From: Calditrichales bacterium
GTDB lineage: Bacteria > Calditrichota > Calditrichia > Calditrichales > J004
DNA: 64,000 nt
Direction of reading: 5' to 3'
Assembly (NCBI GenBank): GCA_965267575.1
Contig: OZ254086.1
Location: forward strand, 128,001-192,000
Within the stretch, counting starts at the first letter, position 1; each line of letters begins with the position of its first letter. Below the pieces are notes generated by a model that was not told where the DNA came from, ran no database searches, and saw only the letters and a list, made by a program, of their open reading frames with translations. This document shows positions 1-9,801 of this stretch, one piece after another. The translations under genes were made by a program, and so were the position numbers.

Positions 1-688
1 CCACGATAAAGCCGGCGGAAGTGCGGGTAACGGGCGTATTCAGATCATCCACTACTTTGCCCATCATCGGGCCGCCATCCAGCAACACATAATCATCAAT
101 TGTGGCGCCGCCCGCTTCCGCAAGTACGTCTTTGTACGGCGTCCCTACGGGAAACCACCCTACGATCGGCTGCTTCACCGCGCCATGGGCCGATATCATG
201 CTGTTCAGAACGGGTCTGCCCAGCGTGGCCTGGTGTATGTTGTAGAAGGTTTCCACGTTCTGCACCACGATGCCGATCTCATGCGGGTAACCACCGGCGG
301 GAATCCGTTTTCCCGTGCCGTGAAAGACTACTTCGTACTCATCACCGGCGGGATAGACATCTTCCATTTCAAACAGGCGGATATCATCAGGCAGGTGTTC
401 GCGCACGGCGGCTACGGCCGTTTTGTTTTTGCCCTTAATGGCAAACAGCCCCTTGCCGGCGCCCGTATGTTTCATAACAGCGCGCATACCGGCCACAATT
501 TCACGGGGATAGCGCTCCATCAACGTCACGTCTTTGAAGAGCAGCGGCTCGCACTCGGCGCCGTTGGCAATCACGGTATCTACTTTTACATCGATTTTTT
601 TCCAGGTCGGGAAACCGGCGCCTCCGGCACCGACAACGCCTGCATCGCGCACTATTTCAACCAGATCTCGCGGCATGTGATCATCCAT
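1..688 (-). CDS. PduS/RnfC-family Fe-S flavoprotein with SLBB domain (N-terminal part; runs off window start)
   Basis: Manual translation: MDDHMPRDLVEIVRDAGVVGAGGAGFPT...ANGAECEPLL...YPAGDE...DGGPMMG. These are RnfC/PduS motifs, and the short N-terminus is PduS-like. Absent from the ORF track because it is truncated. Confidence 0.8.
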   Translation of the reverse strand, partial: MDDHMPRDLVEIVRDAGVVGAGGAGFPTWKKIDVKVDTVIANGAECEPLLFKDVTLMERYPREIVAGMRAVMKHTGAGKGLFAIKGKNKTAVAAVREHLPDDIRLFEMEDVYPAGDEYEVVFHGTGKRIPAGGYPHEIGIVVQNVETFYNIHQATLGRPVLNSMISAHGAVKQPIVGWFPVGTPYKDVLAEAGGATIDDYVLLDGGPMMGKVVDDLNTPVTRTSAGFIV

Positions 689-843
689 AAGTAAAAACGA
701 ACAATGTTTAATTATACAATTCTTTCAGCTATTTTTCATCTTTATCCGGTATGCAGCCGGGACTATTTTTTGCAGATAATCTTTGTCATTCTGATTATCT
801 TTGATCCATCACTAAACACTGCACTATCTGAAAAGAAAGCCTT

Positions 844-2649
844 ATGCGAACACTCTATTCCGTTTTCATAACATTGTTCCTGGTTGTCAAATTATTGCCC
901 GGCGCTGCCCCGGACAGTTCCAAGATTGGTCCGGGCGTGGTTTTTTACCATGATTACAGGGCCGAAGGACCGTGGCACATCTACATCACGAAAGTAGATT
1001 TAAGCGAGCGCTGGATCGACGTAATCGCGCATAAAGCACATGGTGAGCTAAACGGCCGCTTGCCCGTAAGTGAACAGATGGCTGAAGCAGACAACGACTC
1101 CATCCGCGTTGTGGCGGCTATAAATGGCGATTTCTATGAAGCCGACGGCAGCCCTACGGGTATCCACGTGCAAAACGGTAACATACTCTCAAAGCCAACA
1201 GGACGATCCGTGTTTTTCCTGGACGAAAATGAAGACCCGCATATAGAAGTGCTGGAATTCCCCTATTCATACCGTGTCATTCACGCCATCGGCGGAGGCC
1301 CCCGGATTGTGCGCGACGGGCAGGTAAGCGTAGAAAACAAAGTGGAAAGCATCGGTGACAGTTTCGCAACGGCCCGGCACCCGCGCACGGCGCTGGGGTT
1401 TTCGGCCGACTCAACTACGCTGTTCTTGTTTGCCGTGGATGGCCGTCAGCCCGGTTACAGCGTAGGCATGTCGCTGTATGAGCTGGCCGGCTATATGCTG
1501 AAGTGGGGCATCTGGCAGGGCATGAATCTCGATGGCGGCGGTTCCACAACCATGGTCATCGGCGATAATGTGGCCAACCGCCCCTCCGACGCGACCGGGG
1601 AACGTCCCGTTTCCAACAGCCTGATGGTCATCAGCAAAGCACCGCAAAGCGCGCCGGTAGAAATCGATCTAATGGCGGATTCGCTGGTGGTTTTAACTGC
1701 TTCCGAAACGGTATTGAATTATCACGCGCGGGACCGCTACTACAACCCGGTTGTACCGCACGAAATAACCTGGAACGTTTCCGGCAGTGAAGCAGGAAAA
1801 ATCGACACCTACGGCACATTCCGGTCGGTGGCGCAGGAAGCCGAAGGCTGGATTTACGTTGAAACTGCCCGTCTCCGGGATTCCATGTATGTTGAAGTGC
1901 TGAAACCGGACAGTCTCTATTTCGCAAAACCGGCCATGCGCCTTATGCCGGGGGAGCAACAGCCGCTGCAGCTTTTCGCTACGGATAAAAAAGGAAATGT
2001 CTACAAACTTGACGCTGCCCGGATTACATTCAAAAAAGAAACCGATTTATTAACTGTTTCCGGCGATACATTAACGGCGGCGCAAGCCGGCCGGACGAAC
2101 CTTTCTGCACATTATCAGGGTCTGAGTGCCAAACTTAATGTGAAAATCACCGAGCCTTTGGCACAGCAGATTGCGGGTTTTGCGGACACATCAAACTACA
2201 GCAGCGGCGGCCTATATGTGGAAAGTAAGCGGCTTTTGCCGGATGCGGTAAATGGCAGGGAGGCGCTGTCCCTTGAGTACGCGCTTACAGGCGGTGGCAC
2301 AAGCGCGCTTTACCTGGAATGCGCTTTTGAGCTGCCGGGTGTGGTAAAGCGATTGTTCATGAATGTATATGGGGATGGTCGCGGCCATTGGCTGCGCAGC
2401 GAGTTTGAAGATGCCGACGGCGAGACTTTTATCGCCAACTGGACGGCGGAAAGCGGCGTTACATGGGAAGGCTGGCGGGAACTTATGCTAAGCCATGGAG
2501 AAATTCAGCCGCACTGGCGTAACATTACAGCTACGCTGGACTGGCCGTTGAAGCTTACAAGAATCTATCTTGTGGAGAGGGATCCTGAAAAAAAAGGCAG
2601 CGGTCGATTGCTGTTTTCGAACCTGAAAGCATTTTACCTAAACCCGTAG
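844..2649 (+). CDS. Secreted phosphodiester glycosidase (NAGPA/DUF2233) family protein with C-terminal Ig-like/carbohydrate-binding-like domains
   Basis: Signal peptide; motifs AAINGDFY, GGGPRIV, RHPRTALG, VDGRQ, MNLDGGGSTTM. Confidence 0.85.
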   Translation: MRTLYSVFITLFLVVKLLPGAAPDSSKIGPGVVFYHDYRAEGPWHIYITKVDLSERWIDVIAHKAHGELNGRLPVSEQMAEADNDSIRVVAAINGDFYEADGSPTGIHVQNGNILSKPTGRSVFFLDENEDPHIEVLEFPYSYRVIHAIGGGPRIVRDGQVSVENKVESIGDSFATARHPRTALGFSADSTTLFLFAVDGRQPGYSVGMSLYELAGYMLKWGIWQGMNLDGGGSTTMVIGDNVANRPSDATGERPVSNSLMVISKAPQSAPVEIDLMADSLVVLTASETVLNYHARDRYYNPVVPHEITWNVSGSEAGKIDTYGTFRSVAQEAEGWIYVETARLRDSMYVEVLKPDSLYFAKPAMRLMPGEQQPLQLFATDKKGNVYKLDAARITFKKETDLLTVSGDTLTAAQAGRTNLSAHYQGLSAKLNVKITEPLAQQIAGFADTSNYSSGGLYVESKRLLPDAVNGREALSLEYALTGGGTSALYLECAFELPGVVKRLFMNVYGDGRGHWLRSEFEDADGETFIANWTAESGVTWEGWRELMLSHGEIQPHWRNITATLDWPLKLTRIYLVERDPEKKGSGRLLFSNLKAFYLNP

Positions 2650-2811
2650 TCACGTTTTGGGCTTGTTTTCTTCATCATCACGATCTTCCGGGCGCACATA
2701 ATCTTCCGGATGTTCTTCCATCTTTCTGAATTCATCGATGGTTAAGGCGGCGCCGATCGCCAGCAGTAAAAATACGAAAATACCTACTATTAAAATGGTG
2801 CTTTGGTCCAT
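2650..2811 (-). CDS. Small single-TM membrane protein (53 aa, MDQSTILIVGIFVFLLLAIGAALTIDEFRKM...)
   Basis: Manual translation; GAGGA RBS upstream of ATG; resembles the N-half of 2845..3123. Confidence 0.7.
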   Translation of the reverse strand: MDQSTILIVGIFVFLLLAIGAALTIDEFRKMEEHPEDYVRPEDRDDEENKPKT

Positions 2812-2844
2812 GCTATCCTCCAGTTGTCCTGATAGTTTTCCTGT

Positions 2845-3123
2845 TTACCGTTGATGCTTTTTGGACCGGGAACTCATCATCCGGAAATACAAACCCAGGG
2901 CGAGATTGGAAGGTACCCAGATACCCACAAACGTTCCGAACTCTTTATTCACAAAAAACCACAGATAATTGGCAAAAATAAAGGAAATGATGGCAGCGGC
3001 GAGAAAAAAGTAATCCGATTTGCGGAAATGCTTTAGGCGCACTTCACGCAGGGTAAAGCTAATACCGCCCACCAGAAAAATGAAGCTTATCAATCCGAAT
3101 AATAATACAGTTGTCTGACTCAT
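2845..3123 (-). CDS. Small 3-TM membrane protein, apparent fusion of the two neighbouring small-protein types
   Basis: Hydrophobic 92-aa ORF; AGAGGGG RBS; WVPSNL motif shared with 3139..3309. Confidence 0.75.
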   Translation of the reverse strand: MSQTTVLLFGLISFIFLVGGISFTLREVRLKHFRKSDYFFLAAAIISFIFANYLWFFVNKEFGTFVGIWVPSNLALGLYFRMMSSRSKKHQR

Positions 3124-3138
3124 TGTTTTCCCCTCTTT

Positions 3139-3309
3139 TTATTGTTCCGAACGCAGTCTCTTAAAGTAGACCGCGAGAATGAGATTGGAGGGTACCCACG
3201 TCATAACAAAAAAAGCGGTTTTGATATCTCCCGTAAAAAAGAGATAATTTGTAAAAATAAAGGCAACCGCTGCCGCAAAAAGAAAAAATACATCTGCTCT
3301 GTTAATCAT
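3139..3309 (-). CDS. Small 2-TM membrane protein (56 aa, MINRADVFF...WVPSNL...)
   Basis: GAGAGG RBS before ATG at 3309; paralog of the C-half of 2845..3123. Confidence 0.7.
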   Translation of the reverse strand: MINRADVFFLFAAAVAFIFTNYLFFTGDIKTAFFVMTWVPSNLILAVYFKRLRSEQ

Positions 3310-3548
3310 AACTGCCTCTCTGTTTTTACAGACTAGACTCAATGAAAATATTGCTGATATTCGAAGGCCGAAGAATTAATCCTGTGAACAAATCGATAAA
3401 ATAGTAATGAAATACGTTTTCCGTCGCAAATATAAGAGGGATTTTATAAGCCATTTAACACCCGGACATTGGAAGCTTATTCCATCCTATTTCAAGGGAG
3501 ATACTTTCAAAAAGGTTGTTTGCCAGCCGTCCGCGTTTGCAGATGTCT

Positions 3549-4004
3549 TTAGCGGCGCCGGTCCGTATTGGCTAGAAATTTATCCAACTGATCGGCGAAT
3601 TTCTTGCGATCGCTTTTTTGCATGGCGGCGGGGCCACCTGTCTCCACACCTCCGGCCCGCAAGGACTCCATAAAATCCCGAATGCTCAGGCGCTCCCTGA
3701 TGGAATCGGCCTCAAAAAATTCTCCCCTGGGGCTCAGGGCGTGTCCGCCCTTTGCGATGACTTCGGCTGCCAAAGGAATATCAGCGGTAATAACCAGATC
3801 GCCTTTTTCCATGGCTCGCGCGATTTCGTTATCCGCCACGTCCATTCCCGGGCGCACCAGAACAAAGCGGATATTTTCTGCTTTTGGCGTATGCATGGGT
3901 TGGTTGGCAACAAATGTCATGCGGCCGTTTATGCGATTTGCCGCCTTAAACAGAATATTTTTTATAACAACCGGACAGGCATCGGCATCTACCCAGATAT
4001 TCAT
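3549..4004 (-). CDS. yaiI: YaiI/YqxD family protein (DUF188, PIN-like)
   Basis: IWVDADACPV, DVADNEI, VITADIPLA motifs. Confidence 0.9.
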   Translation of the reverse strand: MNIWVDADACPVVIKNILFKAANRINGRMTFVANQPMHTPKAENIRFVLVRPGMDVADNEIARAMEKGDLVITADIPLAAEVIAKGGHALSPRGEFFEADSIRERLSIRDFMESLRAGGVETGGPAAMQKSDRKKFADQLDKFLANTDRRR

Positions 4005-5020
4005 CGGTCGGCCTTAAGCATCTGCCGTTTAATGCGCTTTACAAGCATGGGCCCGTCATAAATAAGTCCCGTGTAAATCTGGATGAGATCGGCCCCGCCA
4101 TTTATCTTTTGCAAAGCATCCGCGGCGTCCATAATACCGCCTGCCCCGATGAGCGGGAAACCGTTGGGGAGGTTTTTTCTGAGTTGACGTACAATCTCGT
4201 TGGCGTGTTTTTTTAGCGGAGCGCCACTCAGGCCACCGGCGCCAATGGCCTGCACTTTTTGTTGAGAGCTAAACAAGGCGTCACGGGAAACCGTTGTATT
4301 GGTGGCCACAATTCCGTCCAGTTTGACTTCACCGGCAATAGCCACAATGTCATCAAGCTGCGCTTCATTCAGGTCCGGAGCAATTTTTAGCAGAAGCGGC
4401 TTGCGGCGCGTTTTTGACGCATTGCGATCCTGAAGGGTAGACAGCAGCTTTTTGAGCGGTTCCTTGTCCTGCAATTCGCGCAGACCGGGCGTATTGGGGG
4501 AGCTGACGTTGACTACAAAATAATCCACATAATCGTGCAGCCGGTCCAGGCAAACCAGGTAATCATCCACGGCTTTTTCATTGGGTGTGGTTTTGTTTTT
4601 GCCGATATTCCCACCGATAATCACAGCACTTTTGCGCGCGCAAATATTTTTTACTACCGCATCAACACCGGCATTATTAAAGCCCATGCGGTTGATGATG
4701 GCGCGGTCCCGCGGCAGGCGGAAAAGTCTTGGCCGCGGATTGCCCGGCTGCGGGCGGGGTGTTACCGTTCCAATCTCAATAAAGCCAAATCCCAGCGCGG
4801 CAAAAGCGTCGATATGGGCCGCGTTTTTGTCAAAACCGGCCGCCAGGCCAACGGGATTGGGAAAATCGATTCCCATTATGTTTTTGCTTAAAGCGGAGTC
4901 ACTTTGGGCCGCTAGGGCGGCCAGTGCCGGTTTGCTCCAATCCATCATCTTCATAACAACATTGTGCACCCGTTCGGGATCAAAGCGAAAAAAGATCGGG
5001 CGGATCAGAGATTTATACAT
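4001..5020 (-). CDS. pyrD: Quinone-dependent dihydroorotate dehydrogenase
   Basis: GLAAGFDKN, INRMGFNN, NVSSPNTPGLR, KIAPDL, GGLSG motifs. Confidence 0.97.
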   Translation of the reverse strand: MYKSLIRPIFFRFDPERVHNVVMKMMDWSKPALAALAAQSDSALSKNIMGIDFPNPVGLAAGFDKNAAHIDAFAALGFGFIEIGTVTPRPQPGNPRPRLFRLPRDRAIINRMGFNNAGVDAVVKNICARKSAVIIGGNIGKNKTTPNEKAVDDYLVCLDRLHDYVDYFVVNVSSPNTPGLRELQDKEPLKKLLSTLQDRNASKTRRKPLLLKIAPDLNEAQLDDIVAIAGEVKLDGIVATNTTVSRDALFSSQQKVQAIGAGGLSGAPLKKHANEIVRQLRKNLPNGFPLIGAGGIMDAADALQKINGGADLIQIYTGLIYDGPMLVKRIKRQMLKADR

Positions 5021-5129
5021 GGCAGGCTTTTATATGTTATTAAACCACCCAAAGTTAGCATATGCTGATTTAAGGTGCGAAATCTTTTGAGCAGATTCGG
5101 AAATGATAAAGTCAGAAGAAAGATAACAA

Positions 5130-5543
5130 TCATAAACGATAAAGCATGAGGTATATGATCACACCTGTTACGGAGACATACATCCAAACAGGCCATACCC
5201 AGCGCACGATTTTACGGTGCTTATCAAATTTTTCACGCAGGGCAAAGGCCACAGCAATGATAATAAAAGGCGTCATAATACCGGCCAGAATAATATGCGG
5301 GACGAGAATAATGAAGTAAACAGGCCTGGTCCAGTCATAATGGGGATATGGCACCGATCCAACGTAGTAATGGTAAATAAGATAACTGGTAAGAAACAGG
5401 GCCGATGTTAGCAATGCGGCAATCATGAACTTTTTATGTTTTTCACGATTGCCTTTTTTAATCTGGATAAAACCAAGGACTAAAAAAACAGTCGCTATTC
5501 CATTTAGAATGGCATTGAGCGAGGAAAGATCGGTCACGCTCAT
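5130..5543 (-). CDS. DUF420 membrane protein (oxidase assembly-associated)
   Basis: LNAILNG, FLTSYLIYH, WMYVSVTGVIIYLML; located in the cox cluster. Confidence 0.9.
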   Translation of the reverse strand: MSVTDLSSLNAILNGIATVFLVLGFIQIKKGNREKHKKFMIAALLTSALFLTSYLIYHYYVGSVPYPHYDWTRPVYFIILVPHIILAGIMTPFIIIAVAFALREKFDKHRKIVRWVWPVWMYVSVTGVIIYLMLYRL

Positions 5544-6130
5544 GAGCTTTGCCTGAGAAGCGCATTGATATGGGTTTTTAAAACACTGAGGCTGATATCG
5601 TCGTCGCTGCTGTAGTAGCCGCGGATGAAGCCGTCACGATCCACCAGTACAAATTTTAGGCTATGCCCGTAAGGCAAATCGCCGCCCAGCTTAAAGCCCT
5701 GCTCGTAAAGCTGCTGCGTTTCCGTCGAATCGTTGCGAACGAATTTCCAGCGCCTGTCATAAATACCGTATTCTTCAGCGTAGGCTTCCAGCGCCGCCAG
5801 CGAATCGCGTGCCGGATCGATACTGACACTTAAAAAACGCACCTGCGGATGCTCCTCGTAGTGCTCATAAAATTCGGACATGCGTCGCGTCATCATCGGG
5901 CAAATGCCGGGACAATTGGTAAAGATAAAATCCACGATGGTTATGTTTCCCAAAAGGCTGTCACGCGAGACAGTTGTACCGTCGAAATTGGAGAATGCAA
6001 ACTGCGGCACTTCATATAGCCGAGGGATGTCCTGGCTGGAATCCTGAGCCAGGTTAATAATGCGCCAGCCACCATAAATAACCAAAATAAGCAGTGCGGC
6101 CAGCGGGACAAGTATCTTAAACTTCTTCAT
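5540..6130 (-). CDS. SCO1/SenC copper chaperone
   Basis: FTNCPGICP (CxxxC), SIDPARD, HS..FVLVD. Confidence 0.92.
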   Translation of the reverse strand: MKKFKILVPLAALLILVIYGGWRIINLAQDSSQDIPRLYEVPQFAFSNFDGTTVSRDSLLGNITIVDFIFTNCPGICPMMTRRMSEFYEHYEEHPQVRFLSVSIDPARDSLAALEAYAEEYGIYDRRWKFVRNDSTETQQLYEQGFKLGGDLPYGHSLKFVLVDRDGFIRGYYSSDDDISLSVLKTHINALLRQSS

Positions 6131-7037
6131 TTTTTGTAAATCCTGTTGCGTTAAAAATTATTAAAACTGTTGACAGAATAAATGTTGATATCCAAAGGTG
6201 TAGCACCTGTATCAATGGCGCCAGTGCCACGGATGACATAATCACGCCCAGAACAATCTGTCCAAATGAGGCCGACAAAGCCACTATAAACAACCAGCCG
6301 GGCACGTGATCCATTTTGCGCAAAGCCCAGAAGGCGAAGACGATCACAGCCAGGCTGATCAGGAAACCGAGGACGGCGTGCACATTAAAGGTAACTCCCA
6401 AACGTTGCACAAGCATGGAAACTTCCATCAAAGGGCTGCGGTCTACGAGCATTTTGAGTTCGCTGCGTATTTGTGTTCCGGTAATAATTTGCAGTGCCAG
6501 AAAGGCAATCAGCACGGCGGCCAGCCATTTAATATTAGTATGTATGTTGCTTTTGGTGTAGCCTTTATAAACAAAATAGCTGCGTTGCGTGATCCACAAT
6601 AAAAGCGAGAAGATCAGCAGGGCCAAAACAAGATGCACCGTGATCATGTAAGGCGCCAGCGCCGAGCTTACCACCACACTGCCCTGCCAGCCCTGAAATG
6701 CCACCATGAACAACGCCAGCACCGAAGAGACAACAATTGATGGATAGTTCCGCATGCGCAGGACGGCCATTACCGCTGTCGCCAAAATAAGCATGCCGAC
6801 AAAAACGCCCACCAGGCGGTTGCCATACTCTATCCAGGCCAGGGTAAAATTAAAAAGATTGGGATCGAAGTCAGGTGGTAACTGCTCTACGGATGTGGGC
6901 GGGATCCAGCGGCCAAAGCACTTGGGCCAGTCCGGACAACCAAGCCCTGCGCCGCTTACGCGTACAAGCCCGCCGATAAAAATCAAAAAGTAGGTAGCAG
7001 ATGTGGCCGCAAAGGCCATCTTCCAAAAGCGTTTCAT
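6117..7037 (-). CDS. ctaA: Heme A synthase COX15/CtaA family
   Basis: GGLVRVSGAGLGCPDWPKC, WIEYGNR, multi-TM. Confidence 0.9.
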   Translation of the reverse strand: MKRFWKMAFAATSATYFLIFIGGLVRVSGAGLGCPDWPKCFGRWIPPTSVEQLPPDFDPNLFNFTLAWIEYGNRLVGVFVGMLILATAVMAVLRMRNYPSIVVSSVLALFMVAFQGWQGSVVVSSALAPYMITVHLVLALLIFSLLLWITQRSYFVYKGYTKSNIHTNIKWLAAVLIAFLALQIITGTQIRSELKMLVDRSPLMEVSMLVQRLGVTFNVHAVLGFLISLAVIVFAFWALRKMDHVPGWLFIVALSASFGQIVLGVIMSSVALAPLIQVLHLWISTFILSTVLIIFNATGFTKNEEV

Positions 7038-7040
7038 TAT

Positions 7041-7067
7041 AAAAAAAACACCCCATAACGGGGTGTT
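7041..7067 (-). terminator. Intrinsic terminator after cox subunit IV
   Basis: AACACCCC/GGGGTGTT stem with a poly-T run on the minus strand. Confidence 0.65.
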
Positions 7068-7081
7068 ATTTCAAAATTTAA

Positions 7082-7453
7082 CTAATTTCCTTGTGTCGGC
7101 GCCGGGGATGATTGATCGTAAATACGGGCATTTTCATTTATCGAGCCCGCCTCTTCGCGGCTAAGTTCGCCACGCCGCAACGTATCGAACATGGTTAAGC
7201 CGATGAAGACGGACAAAAAGACCAGTGACAGAACAAAAATCGTAAGGTAAAACTTGTTGTCATATTTCAGGTGCATAAAATAGAGTGCCACCAGCGAGCC
7301 TTTAATTGTTGCTACCAGCATAGCCACAACAAGGTTAAAAGCGCCAAAATGAAAGAATGAGACCCAAACCGTAATGGCGGTCAGCACAAGCAGGGCAGCA
7401 CCTACGCCCAGATAAACTTTTAATGGTAGTATGTGATGTTTATGTTCAGACAT
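7082..7453 (-). CDS. ctaF: Cytochrome c oxidase subunit IV (caa3-type)
   Basis: LLVLTAITV...KGSLVALYFMHLKYD; operon position. Confidence 0.9.
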   Translation of the reverse strand: MSEHKHHILPLKVYLGVGAALLVLTAITVWVSFFHFGAFNLVVAMLVATIKGSLVALYFMHLKYDNKFYLTIFVLSLVFLSVFIGLTMFDTLRRGELSREEAGSINENARIYDQSSPAPTQGN

Positions 7454-7462
7454 ATCTTTCCT

Positions 7463-8110
7463 CTAACCTATTAGATAAAGTAACGGGAACAGGTAAATCC
7501 AGATCAGGTCAACCAGGTGCCAGTACAAACCCGACAGCTCCACCGGCGTGTAATATTCCGGTGAAAAGTGTCCTTTGATCGTACGGATCATCACCCAGCC
7601 GATAACAATCATACCAATAACAACATGGATACCATGCAGCCCGGTCATGGCAAAATAGATACTGAAAAAGACGTGCGGATTGGTGCCTTCCAGTCCGGTA
7701 TAGGTGTAATATTCTCCGGGCAACTGACCCAGGTGTATTTTATGCGTGTACTCAAAATATTTAACCACCAGGAACGCGGCAGCCAGCAAGAGTGTGGCCG
7801 CCATAAGCCAGATGGCCTGCTTGTTTTTGGCAAGCTGAACCGAACGTATGGCCAGCGCGATCGTCACCGAACTTGTAATCAGGACCACGGTATTCAGCGT
7901 TCCAAGCTCTACATCAAGTGCCAGGTGGGCGTTGTAAAACATATCGGGAAACCAGGCCCGGAAAATGGCATAGGCCGTAAACAGGCCGCCAAAAAGTAAA
8001 ATTTCGGTCAACAAAAAGAGCCACATCCCCAGCTTGGACGATTCCGCCTGCTGCTCGGGGTCGGCAAAATGATGCTGCAAAAATTTAGGATGCGATTCTG
8101 CGTGTTCCAT
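7463..8110 (-). CDS. ctaE: Cytochrome c oxidase subunit III
   Basis: GMWLFLLTEILLFGGLF, TGLHGIHV, YWHLVDLIW. Confidence 0.95.
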   Translation of the reverse strand: MEHAESHPKFLQHHFADPEQQAESSKLGMWLFLLTEILLFGGLFTAYAIFRAWFPDMFYNAHLALDVELGTLNTVVLITSSVTIALAIRSVQLAKNKQAIWLMAATLLLAAAFLVVKYFEYTHKIHLGQLPGEYYTYTGLEGTNPHVFFSIYFAMTGLHGIHVVIGMIVIGWVMIRTIKGHFSPEYYTPVELSGLYWHLVDLIWIYLFPLLYLIG

Positions 8111-8136
8111 TATACCTCGCGCTGATTTTCAATCTT

Positions 8137-9789
8137 TTATTTCGTTTCAATATGCTCGGGATGATAGCCTTCTTTCCAGACATATTTATCATCCACAACT
8201 TTAATGCGATCGTAATCGTACGGATCGTGATCCATTTCGGGCTGACCTTCAAAGTTGTGCTTATCCGGCGGCGAATCGGTCTGCCATTCCAGGGTTAATG
8301 CGCCCCACGGGTTTTTACCTGCACGCTTTCCTTTGAACAGTGAGTGCGTCAGGTAAACCATCATGATCAGAAAACCAAGGCCCAAAATCCAGGAGCCGTA
8401 AGAGCTGAAAGCGTGCAGCGGCTGGAACTGATCCAGGTAATTGAAATAACGCCGCGGCATACCCTGAGAGCCCATGATAAACTGAGTAAAGAAAGTGACA
8501 TTGAAGCCAATAAAGATCAGTATAGCCGAGATGGCGCCCCAAAGTTCGTTGTACATGCGGCCCCATATTTTTGGCCACCAGAAGTGAATACCTCCCAACA
8601 GCGCCATAACCGTTCCGCCCATCATAACATAGTGGAAGTGCGCCACAACAAAATAGGTGTCATGCAGATGAATATCCACCGATAACGCGCCTAAAAATAT
8701 GCCGGTAAAGCCGCCAATGGCGAAGAGGAACATAAAGCTAAGCGCGTACAGCATAGGCGTCTGGAACGTGACATGCCCTTTATAGAGCGTGGCCATCCAG
8801 TTAAACATTTTAATTCCCGAGGGGATACCGACCAGGAAGGTCAGGAAAGAGAAGATCATCGCTGCCAGTTCGGACTGTCCACTTGTAAACATGTGGTGGC
8901 CCCACACGAGAAAACTTACCAGGGCGATGCCCAGACTGGAATAAGCGATCAATTTGTAGCCAAAGATTTTTTTCTTGGAAAATGTAGCAATCAGTTCGCT
9001 GATGATACCCATACCCGGCAGGATCATGATATAAACGGCGGGGTGCGAGTAGAACCAGAAAAAGTGCTGGAAAAGCACCGGGTCACCACCCATGGCCGGA
9101 TCGAAAATACCAATACCAAAGGCTTTTTCCAGGGCAAGTAATACAAGCGTAATACCGATTACCGGCGTTGCCAGAACCTGAATTACAGCCGTGGCGTAAA
9201 GTGCCCATACAAACAGCGGCATCTTGAACCAGGTCATTCCGGGCGCGCGCAGTTTGTGGATGGTTACAATGAAATTTATCCCGGTAAAGATGGAAGAGAA
9301 GCCCAGGATAAATATGGCCATGGTCATGGAGATGACGGCACCGGAGGCCTGACTGCTGTAGGGTGTGTAAAAGGTCCAGCCCGTATCCACGCCACCGTTC
9401 ACAATCGAATAAACGGCAAAGACGGCGCCCAGCACATATATGTACCAACTGGCCAGGTTAAGCCGCGGAAAGGCCACGTCTTTTGCGCCGATCATCAGCG
9501 GCAGCGTAAAGTTACCCAAAGCCGCGGGAATTGAGGGGATTATGAACAGGAAGATCATAATGGCCCCGTGCAGGGTAAAAAACTGATTGTAGGTATCGGC
9601 ACTCATGAAATCGGCGCCGGGTGTAAAAAGCTCCATGCGAATCAGCAGAGCCAATACGCCGCCAACCAAAAACGACAGCATGATACCGAAAAAGTACAAC
9701 ACGCCGATACGTTTGTGATCCAGCGTAAACAGCCAGGACTTAAGACCTTTATCCTGATTAAGGTAGTTTACGGTGGTACTAATACTCAT
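8137..9789 (-). CDS. ctaD: Cytochrome c oxidase subunit I, A2 subtype
   Basis: [23 protein letters not shown] (YS motif = A2), WGHHM, AHFHY, MPRRY. Confidence 0.98.
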   Translation of the reverse strand: MSISTTVNYLNQDKGLKSWLFTLDHKRIGVLYFFGIMLSFLVGGVLALLIRMELFTPGADFMSADTYNQFFTLHGAIMIFLFIIPSIPAALGNFTLPLMIGAKDVAFPRLNLASWYIYVLGAVFAVYSIVNGGVDTGWTFYTPYSSQASGAVISMTMAIFILGFSSIFTGINFIVTIHKLRAPGMTWFKMPLFVWALYATAVIQVLATPVIGITLVLLALEKAFGIGIFDPAMGGDPVLFQHFFWFYSHPAVYIMILPGMGIISELIATFSKKKIFGYKLIAYSSLGIALVSFLVWGHHMFTSGQSELAAMIFSFLTFLVGIPSGIKMFNWMATLYKGHVTFQTPMLYALSFMFLFAIGGFTGIFLGALSVDIHLHDTYFVVAHFHYVMMGGTVMALLGGIHFWWPKIWGRMYNELWGAISAILIFIGFNVTFFTQFIMGSQGMPRRYFNYLDQFQPLHAFSSYGSWILGLGFLIMMVYLTHSLFKGKRAGKNPWGALTLEWQTDSPPDKHNFEGQPEMDHDPYDYDRIKVVDDKYVWKEGYHPEHIETK

Positions 9790-9801
9790 ACTTTTCTCTC
9801 A

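Noticed and set aside
100-694. Plus-strand ORFs 100..438 and 185..694
   Set aside because: Antisense shadows of the minus-strand PduS/RnfC-like gene, which has clear motifs.
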